Positions 1 through 8,662 of a stretch of DNA of 64,000 nucleotides are shown piece by piece; position 1 is the first letter of the stretch; each line of letters starts with the position of its first letter. Source of the stretch: Candidatus Latescibacterota bacterium (GTDB lineage Bacteria > Latescibacterota > UBA2968 > UBA8231); the NCBI GenBank assembly GCA_965243025.1, contig CBDETY010000003.1:320001-384000 (forward strand), in the 5' to 3' direction. A program made the translations under genes and the position numbers. The notes under the pieces were generated by a model. The model was not told the DNA's origin. It was given only the letters and a program-made list of their open reading frames with translations, and searched no databases.

Positions 1-1167
1 GATCCGGTAGTCGTTGGCCAGCACGTAGTCGAACTCGACGGCGACGATGGTCGTCGGGTTCGGACCGATGTAGTCCGGGTCGCTGAAGTCGTAGTTGAGC
101 ACGATGCGCTCGGCGCCGTCGGCGGCGAGGTAACCGCGGCGGGCAAGGCCGCCGAAGACGTCCGGCCAGCGGCCGCCTGGACGCACCACCTGGTCGAGTC
201 TCCACTCGCTGTCCTCGCCGGTGTCGAAATCGCGGCTGGTGATGCGGACGTCGTGGTTGAACAGGGCGGCGCCGGCGGCTCCGTCTTCGGGGGAGTCGTC
301 GCTGAGAACGACGGCGACCGTCGTGACCGGGACTTTGGACTGGCCTTCGGTCAGGTTTCCGGCGGCGAGGTTTCCTCCGAACAGGTCGAGGTTGGTGTTC
401 GAATTGCGCGCGTCGACAAGGGTAGCCCCGACGGTGATGAAGTCGCCGATCTGGGCGGTGCCGCGTCCCGCGACCAGGCTCGTCGAGTTTGCGGTTCGCG
501 CCGGTTCGATGGTAACCGAGGCCGCCGGGTCGCTGATCCGGGAGGCGAGGATGGTCGCCGCGTACTTGTCGGCCACGTAGTCGGCCTGCACGCCGTTGAA
601 GGTCGGCTTCGAAAAGGACAACGGCGTCAGGGTGGTGCGGATCCGGTTGCCCACGGTGACGGCGTAGCCGTTCTGCCCCTTGGCGTCGCCGCTGATGGTC
701 AGCGAGCTGAACCAGCTCTGGAACTGGCTCCCCTTGTAGATGGCGCTGCCCAGGGCGTTGGGCTGGTCCTGGCGCCAGTCGTACACCAGCCAGCCGTGGC
801 TGATGTAGTCGCCGTAGACGTCGTAGAAGTAGTCCCCCTCGATGGCGGTGTTGACGTAGCGCTCGTAGCCGCGGGTCGCGTAGCTGGTGAACTCCCACTG
901 GCGCCAGCGCCGCTCCTGGTACAGCTCCTGGGGGATGTACCAGTGCTGGAGGGTGGGATCGAGGGCGCCGAACAGCACCCCGGGACCGGCCGGCTCGTAG
1001 TTGACCTCGCCGTCGGCGGAAGCCCCGAGGCGGGTTCCGTACTCCTGCGCATGCAGCGGGGCTGCCAGGAGGAAAGTGAGGAAGAGAGCCGGGGTACCGA
1101 GTTTCAGGGCCGGTCTCCGTTGGCTGAACGTCCTTGCGTTGTTGGTGGAGGTCCGGGTATTTACCAA
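1..1167 (-). CDS. Secreted/outer-membrane protein, paralog of 14779-17556; 3' part runs off the window
   Basis: Absent from the ORF track (no stop in window). Hand translation gives ...LFLTFLLAAPLHAQEYGTRLGASADGEVNYEPAGPGVLFGALDPTLQHWYIPQELY...IEGDYFYDVYG...TVGNRIRTTLTPLSFSKP...LSDDSPED...VEFDYVLANDYRI, collinear with the 14779 protein. Signal peptide present. Start uncertain (TTG at 1167 chosen). Confidence 0.88.
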   Translation of the reverse strand, partial: MVNTRTSTNNARTFSQRRPALKLGTPALFLTFLLAAPLHAQEYGTRLGASADGEVNYEPAGPGVLFGALDPTLQHWYIPQELYQERRWRQWEFTSYATRGYERYVNTAIEGDYFYDVYGDYISHGWLVYDWRQDQPNALGSAIYKGSQFQSWFSSLTISGDAKGQNGYAVTVGNRIRTTLTPLSFSKPTFNGVQADYVADKYAATILASRISDPAASVTIEPARTANSTSLVAGRGTAQIGDFITVGATLVDARNSNTNLDLFGGNLAAGNLTEGQSKVPVTTVAVVLSDDSPEDGAAGAALFNHDVRITSRDFDTGEDSEWRLDQVVRPGGRWPDVFGGLARRGYLAADGAERIVLNYDFSDPDYIGPNPTTIVAVEFDYVLANDYRI

Positions 1168-1328
1168 ATGCCGAACAGAGATATGGGAGTTGCAGACGGA
1201 ATTACCGGGCGATCCGCACGAACCGCATGGGGTTAAGGTTAATGAAAATCCGCCTCGAAATCGACCCGAAGTCAACGCCGCGGCCGATTTCCGGAAAACC
1301 AGCTTTACCTGTTGTTATTGATACGATT

Positions 1329-3281
1329 ATGTCCCTCCTGAACAGGGGGCGGCCGCGCCTGGGGGGAGCAGCCGGAGCCGCCGCGGCCTTGTTTCTTTCG
1401 CAGTTGCCGGACCCGCTCCCGGCAGAGGTCCGGAAACCCCTGGCCTGTCCCGCGGACGCGGTCGAGCCCCCCTGGGTCGACACCAGGCGGGAGATGCAGC
1501 TGGCCACCGCGGCCCGGTTCCGGACTTTCGTCGGTTTCACCTTCACCGACCGCCGCCGGGAAAGCGGAATCGGGTTCGTCAACGTCACCACCGCCGACAC
1601 CGGAAAGAACTACCGGGCCTCGCACTACGATCACGGCAACGGCGTCGCCGCCGCCGACGTCGACGGCGACGGCCTCGCCGACATCTACTTCAGCAACCAG
1701 GTCGGGGCCAACGGGCTGTGGCGCAACCTCGGGGACGGCAGGTTCGCCGACGTCACCTCCTCCTCGGGGACGAGCCTCGACGAGGCCCTCGGGGTCGCCG
1801 CCTCTTTCGGCGATACCGACAACGACGGCGACCCCGACCTCTTCGCGACCACGGTCCTGGGGGGGAATTCCCTGTTCGCCAACGACGGCTCCGGCAGGTT
1901 CACGGACGCGACCGCCGCCTCGGGCCTTGCCTACAGCGGCCATTCGTCCGCCTCGGTCCTGTTCGACTACGACAGGGACGGCCTGCTCGACCTGTTTCTG
2001 TGCAACGTCGGCGTGTACACGACGGGGGAGGTCATCGAGGCCCCGGTCGACGCGCTGAACCCCGGGGAAGGGGAATCCTACCGGTATTTCGCCGCCCATG
2101 GCGATGCCTTCGCCGGCCACCTCAAACCGGAGCGGACCGAGCGCAGCATCCTCTACCGCAACGGGGGCAACCGCTTCTCCGACGTGTCGGAAGCGACCGG
2201 GCTGATCGACACCGGCTGGTCGGGGGACGCCAGTCCGATCGATGCCAACGAGGACGGCTGGCCCGACCTGTACGTCCTCGACATGCAGGGCAACGACGAC
2301 TACTTCGAGAACGTCCGCGGGCAGAGTTTCGTCCGCCTCGGCAGGGAGGTGTTCCCGAAGACCCCCTGGGGATCGATGGGAGTCAAGACTTTCGACTGGG
2401 ACAACGACGGGGATTTCGATCTCTTCGTCAGCGACATGCACTCCGACATGAGCGTCGACGTCGGGCCGCCGGACGAAAAGAAGAAGGCCGATATCCAGTA
2501 CTCCGACGAGTTCCTCGCCAGCGGCGGCCGCAGCATCTTCGGCAACGCCTTCTACCGCAGCGAGGGCGGGGGGAGCTACCTCGAGATCTCGGACCGGGTC
2601 GGCGCCGAGAACCACTGGCCCTGGGGCCTGAGCACGGGAGATCTGAACGCCGACGGCTACGACGACGTCTTCCTCGCCTCGAGCATGAACTACCCCTTCC
2701 GCTACGGGGTCAACACGCTGCTCGTGAACGACCTGGGAGAGGCTTTCCTCGACGCCGAGTACATCCTCGGAATCGAGCCGCGGCGAGACGGGCGCACCAC
2801 CAAAGCCTGGTTCCTGCTCGACTGCGGGGGAGCGGACAGGGAGCACGACCGCTGCGAGGGGCAGGAGGGCCTCATCGAGATATGGGCGGCCCTGGGCTCG
2901 CGCTCCTCGGTGATCTTCGACATCGAGGGGGACGGCGACCTCGATATCGTAACCAACGAGTTCAACTCCGAGCCCCAGGTCTTCGTCAGCGATCTTTCCG
3001 AAAGGAAGCGGATCAGCTACCTCGAGGTGAAGCTCGCCGGCCGCAGGTCGAACCGGAGCGGTATCGGCGCCGTCGTCACCGTGGAGGCCGAAGGCGCCCG
3101 CTACAGGAAGGCGAACGACGGCCAGTCGGGCTACCTGTCGCAGAGCGACCTGCCGCTCTACTTCGGCCTCGCCGGCGCCGCTTCGGTCGACAGGATCGTC
3201 GTGCAGTGGCCATCCGGAAAGACGCAGACCGTCCCGGGCCCGGTGGCCGTCAACCGGCTTGTCGAGGTGACGGAGAAGTAG
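1329..3281 (+). CDS. CRTAC1-like protein (FG-GAP/VCBS repeats plus ASPIC/UnbV C-terminal domain)
   Basis: Repeated D-x-D-x-D-G-x-x-D motifs; C-terminal NRSGIGAVV...GYLSQS...LYFGL...VQWPSG is typical of ASPIC/UnbV. ATG 1329 precedes a signal-like segment. Confidence 0.9.
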   Translation: MSLLNRGRPRLGGAAGAAAALFLSQLPDPLPAEVRKPLACPADAVEPPWVDTRREMQLATAARFRTFVGFTFTDRRRESGIGFVNVTTADTGKNYRASHYDHGNGVAAADVDGDGLADIYFSNQVGANGLWRNLGDGRFADVTSSSGTSLDEALGVAASFGDTDNDGDPDLFATTVLGGNSLFANDGSGRFTDATAASGLAYSGHSSASVLFDYDRDGLLDLFLCNVGVYTTGEVIEAPVDALNPGEGESYRYFAAHGDAFAGHLKPERTERSILYRNGGNRFSDVSEATGLIDTGWSGDASPIDANEDGWPDLYVLDMQGNDDYFENVRGQSFVRLGREVFPKTPWGSMGVKTFDWDNDGDFDLFVSDMHSDMSVDVGPPDEKKKADIQYSDEFLASGGRSIFGNAFYRSEGGGSYLEISDRVGAENHWPWGLSTGDLNADGYDDVFLASSMNYPFRYGVNTLLVNDLGEAFLDAEYILGIEPRRDGRTTKAWFLLDCGGADREHDRCEGQEGLIEIWAALGSRSSVIFDIEGDGDLDIVTNEFNSEPQVFVSDLSERKRISYLEVKLAGRRSNRSGIGAVVTVEAEGARYRKANDGQSGYLSQSDLPLYFGLAGAASVDRIVVQWPSGKTQTVPGPVAVNRLVEVTEK

Positions 3282-3384
3282 CCCCCGCCGGGGTTGCTCC
3301 GGCGCCGGCCCCCGGGGCGGTGAGTCCTTCGCCGCCGGCGCGGGACCCCGACTTCGCCCGAGGCCGGATTCAGCGGACCGGCTC

Positions 3385-5316
3385 GTGACAACGCCATCCC
3401 CCTTCACCCTCCGCGGCCTTTTCGCCGGCACCCTCCTGTCGCTCTTCGTCGGCGTCGCCGCCCCCTACGGCTTCATCGCCGTGCGCGGGTCCTGGTGGGG
3501 GTTGAACGCCTCCTCTCCCGGGGCGGTCTTCCTGTTCTTCGTCTTCACCTTCTTCGTCAACACCGCCCTCCGACTCATCAGGCGCCCCCTCGCTCTCGGC
3601 CGCGGCGACCTCGTCCTCGTCTACGCCATGATGGCAATGGCGATCACCGTGCCGACGCAGAACTTCCTCGTCTACATCATCCCGACGATCTGCGTCCCCT
3701 ACTACTCGGCAAGCGTCGAGAACAACTGGGAGTCGCTCATCCACCCATGGATCCCGGAGTGGATGGCGCCTGGGGACTTCGACGCCATCAGGGGTCTGTA
3801 CGAAGGGCTGCCGGCCGGGCAGGCGATTCCGTGGGCTTCCTGGATCGTGCCGCTGGGGGCCTGGTTCTCCCTGTTCATCGCCCTCAGCCTGATGATGATC
3901 TTCATGTCGTCCATACTGCACCGGCAGTGGGCGGCCAACGAGCGGCTGCCCTACCCGATGATGCAGCTGCCGCGGCAGATGATCGAGGAGGGGGACGGTC
4001 CCGCCGGGCTGGTGGTCCCCTTCTTCAGAAATCCCGTGACCTGGGCGGGGTTCGCGCTGCCGTTCGGCCTCTTCGGGCTGACGGGGCTGAACCACTACTT
4101 CCCGATCGTTCCCGACTACCCGTTCTGGCACGGCAGCATCGAGCTCTTCGAGGGGGTCCGGCTGCCGATGGCGGTGAGCTTCGCCTGGATCGGCTTCTTC
4201 TATCTCGTCGACCTCGGCATCGTCTTCAGCATCTGGTTCTTCTACCTGGCGGGAAAGGTCGAGGAGGGGGTTTTCAACAGCCTGGGAGTCTCGAGCCGCG
4301 AGACCTTGAGCCAGTACGAGAACTACCAGACCGCCGACCTGTCGCATCAGGCCACCGGGGCGGTGATCGCCTTCGTCCTGATCGGGTTATGGACCGCCCG
4401 CCCGCACCTGGCCGCGGTGTGGCGCAAGGCGTGGCGCCCCGCTTCCGGGATCGACGACAGCGAGGAGCTCGTTCCCTACCGGGCCGCCCTGTTCGGATGG
4501 TTCGGGTGCCTTGCGTTCGTCCTCTTCTGGCTCTGGCAGTCCGGCCTGCCGGCGGCGGCCCTCCCCCTGTTCGCCGGCATGGTGCTCATCTACTACATCA
4601 TGATAACGCGGGTGGTGACCGCGGGGGGCATCCCCACCAGCCGCCCTCCGATCGTGGCCCCCTACGTCGTCATTTCCGGAATGGGGGCCTCGCTGCTCGG
4701 CACCAGGGGCCTTGTGTCGCTGGGATTCGCCATGGGCTGGCAGGCGGAGATGCGCCTGTTCCCGATGATCCCCTGCGCCAACGCCCTCAAGCTCGCCGAG
4801 ATCGTCCCGGGACCCAAGGGAAGGCTGTTCTGGGGGATGCTGATCGCCCTGCTCTGCAGCCTCGGGGCGGGAACCTGGCTGCTGCTGACCCTGGGCTACG
4901 AGCACGGGGGGATCAACATGGTCGGGCCGCTGCTGTCGAACGGGAACAACTGGCACTTCCTCAATCCGCAGCTGAACGACCCCCCCGAAGCCAACCTGCG
5001 CGGCTGGGTCTTCACCGGCATCGGCGCCGCGGTCGAGGGATTCCTGATGTGGGCCCAGCACCGCTGGTACTGGTGGCCGCTCCACCCCCTCGGGTTCGCC
5101 ATCGCCGTCGGCTTCATCACCTCGCACATCTGGTTCTCGGCGCTGCTGGCCTGGACGCTGAAGGCGGGGATCCTCAAGTACGGGGGGATCAGGCTGTTTT
5201 CCGCGATGAGACCGTTCTTTCTCGGCCTCATCCTCGGGGAGGCGGCGAGCGCGGGGTTCTGGCTGTGCCTCGACGCCGTCACCGGGGCGACGGGGAACCA
5301 CATCACCGCCATGTGA
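3385..5316 (+). CDS. DUF6785/DUF6784-like polytopic membrane protein (putative transporter)
   Basis: 643 aa with many TM segments; motifs QW..NERLPYP, WWPLHPLGF and RPFFLGLILGE shared with the paralog at 53050-54999. Confidence 0.8.
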   Translation: MTTPSPFTLRGLFAGTLLSLFVGVAAPYGFIAVRGSWWGLNASSPGAVFLFFVFTFFVNTALRLIRRPLALGRGDLVLVYAMMAMAITVPTQNFLVYIIPTICVPYYSASVENNWESLIHPWIPEWMAPGDFDAIRGLYEGLPAGQAIPWASWIVPLGAWFSLFIALSLMMIFMSSILHRQWAANERLPYPMMQLPRQMIEEGDGPAGLVVPFFRNPVTWAGFALPFGLFGLTGLNHYFPIVPDYPFWHGSIELFEGVRLPMAVSFAWIGFFYLVDLGIVFSIWFFYLAGKVEEGVFNSLGVSSRETLSQYENYQTADLSHQATGAVIAFVLIGLWTARPHLAAVWRKAWRPASGIDDSEELVPYRAALFGWFGCLAFVLFWLWQSGLPAAALPLFAGMVLIYYIMITRVVTAGGIPTSRPPIVAPYVVISGMGASLLGTRGLVSLGFAMGWQAEMRLFPMIPCANALKLAEIVPGPKGRLFWGMLIALLCSLGAGTWLLLTLGYEHGGINMVGPLLSNGNNWHFLNPQLNDPPEANLRGWVFTGIGAAVEGFLMWAQHRWYWWPLHPLGFAIAVGFITSHIWFSALLAWTLKAGILKYGGIRLFSAMRPFFLGLILGEAASAGFWLCLDAVTGATGNHITAM

Positions 5317-5368
5317 CTGCGCACCGCCGAAAAAAGGGTAGTGGCGCAGTTTGAAATGTATCTTTAAT

Positions 5369-5743
5369 TCAGGAAGTATCTTCAAATGGGTGGTACAGTC
5401 GCCGACGGCCTGAGATTCCAGGTGGTATCTGATCCGTTTTCTTGAAGACCATTCCGCAGTAGCAACGCTTTGCTTTCGGGCGTCGATCTCGACCGCATTT
5501 CGGGCACCGCGGCCGGTCCGCTTGCTCGGCTCCACAATGGCTGCACACTTCCGCCTCGCTGCTGATGCGTTTTCGACAGCGGAAACATTGGGTGCCGGCG
5601 CACAGCGCCAACAGGATGCCGATGGGACCGAGCAGGATCCCGCCGATGAAGTAGTAGAAACCGTTGCCGCCGCGGCCGGAAGCGATCACGGCCGCTGCAA
5701 CCCCGCACAGAATCCAGAGAATCCAGAGAAAGAGCAGTTCCAC
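5369..5743 (-). CDS. Small membrane protein with double zinc ribbon (IS passenger)
   Basis: GTG 5743 after a GGAGGG RBS; two hydrophobic helices, then CFRC..CSHC..CPKC..CYC. Confidence 0.75.
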   Translation of the reverse strand: MELLFLWILWILCGVAAAVIASGRGGNGFYYFIGGILLGPIGILLALCAGTQCFRCRKRISSEAEVCSHCGAEQADRPRCPKCGRDRRPKAKRCYCGMVFKKTDQIPPGISGRRRLYHPFEDTS

Positions 5744-6021
5744 AGGCCCCTCCGTTCGCGCGATGGGTGGAGGCCCAGGCTTCACGTTTTGGTGCCGGGC
5801 CTTTTGCCACCGCCACAAGCGCGGAGCACTGCGGACAGTCCCTGCCTATTCGCTGCCAGGGAAAACCCCGGCGGGGTCGTACGGCTATGGTATTCAGCAG
5901 GAGACCCGACCAAGCGGGACTCCGCGCTGAAAAAAATGGCGGTGGCGACAGCCAATATAACCCGTTTCTTCTTCTTGACATAATTGATCCGGTGCCAGAA
6001 GTTTCAGGAGGGGAGAAATCG

Positions 6022-6288
6022 ATGACCGACCAAGAGTTCCAAGCCTCGGTGCTGTCCGAGTTAGAGGCCAACCGCAAGTTCCAGGCCGAAGTCCTGAAGC
6101 GGTTCGAGCAGATCGACTCGCGGTTCGAGCAGATCGACTCGCGGTTCGAGCAGATCGACTCGCGGTTCGATCGTCTGGAGCGCAAGATGGACGAAGGGTT
6201 TGAGCGGATTACCAACGAGTTCCAGGACGTGAGGTTGATCCTCCAGAACCACGAGACACGAATCCGTCGCTTGGAGGATGCCGCATAG
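6022..6288 (+). CDS. Small coiled-coil protein with RFEQIDS heptad repeats (IS passenger)
   Basis: Strong AGGAGG/GGAG RBS before ATG 6022; 88 aa with heptad periodicity. Confidence 0.8.
   Translation: MTDQEFQASVLSELEANRKFQAEVLKRFEQIDSRFEQIDSRFEQIDSRFDRLERKMDEGFERITNEFQDVRLILQNHETRIRRLEDAA
6100..6170 (+). repeat. Perfect 21-bp tandem repeat CGGTTCGAGCAGATCGACTCG, 3 copies plus a partial
   Basis: Read directly; in frame, encodes RFEQIDS. Confidence 0.95.
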
Positions 6289-6562
6289 CCATGCCGATCG
6301 GACCCCAGGGACAGAAACGTCCCGTCTCGGTAGTCGAATCCGCGGTGCTCATCTGCCGGATTGCCACCGGCCAGCAGGAAGAACAGTTCGTCAACGGCAA
6401 GCCCCGACGCAAACGCCACAGAGGGGAGACTGACAAACTTGCTCAGGAGCCGATCCCCACTTCTGAAAGCGGCACAGTTGCCGCTGGGTCGTGACGCTCC
6501 CGAGCCGGTCAGTCTCCCTTATCATTTCTTTTCACAAAGCGTTCCCCCACAACAACTTACGC

Positions 6563-6591
6563 TTGATCCGTCGGCATCCGTTTGCTATATT
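6563..6591 (+). promoter_or_regulatory. Sigma70-like promoter for the transposase, probably leaderless mRNA
   Basis: TTGATC (6563), 17 bp spacer, TATATT (6586) with TGn extension; ATG 6 nt after the -10 box; no SD sequence. Confidence 0.55.
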
Positions 6592-6597
6592 CTGGGT

Positions 6598-7473
6598 ATG
6601 AAAATCCTGCCCAGGAGCAAGCGGGAAACGGCTGTGCATCTGCTGGTTGAGGGCATGTCCCTGCGCGGAACCAGCCGACTCGTCGACTGCTCCTACAACA
6701 CGATTCTGAAGCTGCTGGTCAACGCTGGTGAAGCTGCCGCGGAGTATCACGACCGGGTTGTCAGGAACGTCCGTGTCCGGCAGGTGCAGTGCGACGAGAT
6801 ATGGTCGTTCTGCTACGCCAAGCAGAAGAACGTGCCCGACGCCCGGAAGGCACCGCCCGGTGCCGGTGATCTGTGGACCTGGACGGCCTTCGACCGCAAG
6901 AGCAAGCTGGTGTTGTCCTACCGGATCGGCGACCGGTCCCTCGAGACGGCCACGGAGTTCATGCGGGATCTGAAGGGCAGGGTGGCCAGCCGGTTCCAGC
7001 TGACGACCGACGCCCACAATGCGTACTTCGACGCGGTCGACGAAGTGTTCGGGGCGGACATCGACTACTCCCAGTTGACCAAGGTGCCCGGCATCGACCC
7101 GGAAACAAAAAAGCCGAAGGTCAGCCAGGAGAAGACCGTTATGATCGGCAACCCGGATCTTTCCAAGGCCAGCACGTCGCACGTCGAGCGGCAGAACCTC
7201 AACATGCGGATGGGCATGCGGCGCTTCACTCGGAAGTCGAACGCCTTCAGCAAGAAGGTCGTCAACCACGTCCACATGTGCAGTCTGTACTTCCTGTTCT
7301 ACAACTTCTGCCGCATCCACCAGACCCTCGAGGTCACGCCGGCCCTCCAGGCCGGCATCGACGACAGGCTGCGGGACATTGCCTGGATAGTCGACCTGAT
7401 CGACGCCAGGGCCCCGAAGCCAAAGCGTCCCAGGACCTATCGGAAAAAACCACGGCCGATTTTTTCAGACTGA
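6598..7473 (+). CDS. IS1-family DDE transposase (single ORF)
   Basis: N-terminal HTH (LLVEGMSLRGTSRL), QCDEIWSF, TTDAHNAY, STSHVERQNLNMR..RRFTRKSNAFSKK, YNFCRIH..TPA. Confidence 0.92.
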   Translation: MKILPRSKRETAVHLLVEGMSLRGTSRLVDCSYNTILKLLVNAGEAAAEYHDRVVRNVRVRQVQCDEIWSFCYAKQKNVPDARKAPPGAGDLWTWTAFDRKSKLVLSYRIGDRSLETATEFMRDLKGRVASRFQLTTDAHNAYFDAVDEVFGADIDYSQLTKVPGIDPETKKPKVSQEKTVMIGNPDLSKASTSHVERQNLNMRMGMRRFTRKSNAFSKKVVNHVHMCSLYFLFYNFCRIHQTLEVTPALQAGIDDRLRDIAWIVDLIDARAPKPKRPRTYRKKPRPIFSD

Positions 7474-7595
7474 GTCATTGCCGAAAAAAGGCTTGAATTC
7501 TTCCGTCTCGATTTGTTACATATATAGGATTTACAGGAAAATACAAGGCCGCTCCCTGAGCGTCCGTCATCCACCCACAGAAGAGGAGCTTCTGC

Positions 7596-8534
7596 ATGAA
7601 ACGTTTCACCATCCCCGGGGTCGCCGCCGCCGCGGTCTTCGCCTTCACGAGCGCCGGCAACGCCCACGTAGGCGACATCGTCTACCCGATTTACGAACTG
7701 CCGACCAGCGATCTGCCCGACATCTTCGACGGCTCGCTCGAAGACTGGGAGGACGTGCTTCCGGGCACGGAGCTGACCCACGACGATTTCACCCCGCTGA
7801 ACGTGGGGGAAGCCGCCGGAATCGACCCTGAGGATTCCGCCTACCGCGTCTACCTGGCATGGCACAGCGCCGGCCAGCACGTCTATGCCGCCGTCGAGCG
7901 CATCGACAACGTCTACATCAACACCTACGAAGGCGGCAACGTGCACATCCTGGCCGCCTACGACGATGTCGAGTTCCATCTCGACGGCGACCACACCGGC
8001 GGCCAGTACAACTTCTGGCTCGAGGCCGACGACTACTCGGAAGAGGAGTTCAAGCTGCTCCAGAACTATCAGGCGCAGCAGTACGTGATAATCGCCGAAT
8101 CTCCGGACGGACAGATCATCGGCTACCAGGGGAACGGACTCGGCTGGGCCATCGATCCGCCGTACACGGATGCCGGCGGCACCGCCTTCGGCGAGGATCC
8201 CGTGACGACGATCGTGGAGTTCTACGTCACCGCCTGGGACGAGATCAACTGGCAGGGACCGCACCTGTCCAAGCGCTCCGAGCTCGTGGGAGGCAAGATC
8301 ATCGGCCTGCAGGTAACCATCGCCGACTACGATGCCATCAACGAGGAGGGCGGTACCGTGAGGCGCGGGTTCCATACCCTTTCCGGGCAGGACAACACCT
8401 GGATTTACGCAGAGAGGTTCGTCGACGCCGAGCTCATCCCGTGCGATACCGGTGATTGCGGAGCCGCGGCCGAGCCGCTTCCGACAGCGGTCGAGGAGGA
8501 CAGCTGGGGGCGCATCAAGGCCACGTTCAAGTAG
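7596..8534 (+). CDS. Secreted acidic CBM9/DOMON-like protein with C-terminal TAVEEDSWGRIKATFK motif
   Basis: GAGGAG RBS; signal peptide (..AGNA/H); DGSLEDW, YLAW, DDVEFHLDGD and IGLQVTIADYD resemble CBM9-like beta-sandwiches. Confidence 0.75.
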   Translation: MKRFTIPGVAAAAVFAFTSAGNAHVGDIVYPIYELPTSDLPDIFDGSLEDWEDVLPGTELTHDDFTPLNVGEAAGIDPEDSAYRVYLAWHSAGQHVYAAVERIDNVYINTYEGGNVHILAAYDDVEFHLDGDHTGGQYNFWLEADDYSEEEFKLLQNYQAQQYVIIAESPDGQIIGYQGNGLGWAIDPPYTDAGGTAFGEDPVTTIVEFYVTAWDEINWQGPHLSKRSELVGGKIIGLQVTIADYDAINEEGGTVRRGFHTLSGQDNTWIYAERFVDAELIPCDTGDCGAAAEPLPTAVEEDSWGRIKATFK

Positions 8535-8627
8535 AATGCCGGCGTGGCCAGGTGAAGGCGCCCGCCCCCTGACCGGGGCTGAAAAGGCGCCGGCGGTCAC
8601 GGCGTAACCGTAACAACCGCAACTGAG

Positions 8628-8662
8628 AGAAGGGGGGGGAGTTTCCCCCCCTTCTTTGTTTG
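8628..8662 (+). terminator. Rho-independent terminator-like hairpin
   Basis: AGAAG-G7/8 ... C7-TTCT stem followed by TTGTTT. Confidence 0.65.

Larger units (their letters stand above)
5337..7482 (+). mobile_element. IS1-family insertion sequence with passenger genes (tIS-like), about 2.15 kb
   Basis: Left end GGTAGTGGCGCAGTTTGAAA (5337); right end reverse complement GGCAATGACTCAGTCTGAAA (ends 7482). Both are flanked by GAAAAAAG (5329-5336 and 7483-7490). Contains a DDE transposase. Confidence 0.85.

Noticed and set aside
6100-6170. CRISPR array
   Set aside because: Contiguous 21-bp units with no spacers, inside a coding frame; no cas genes.
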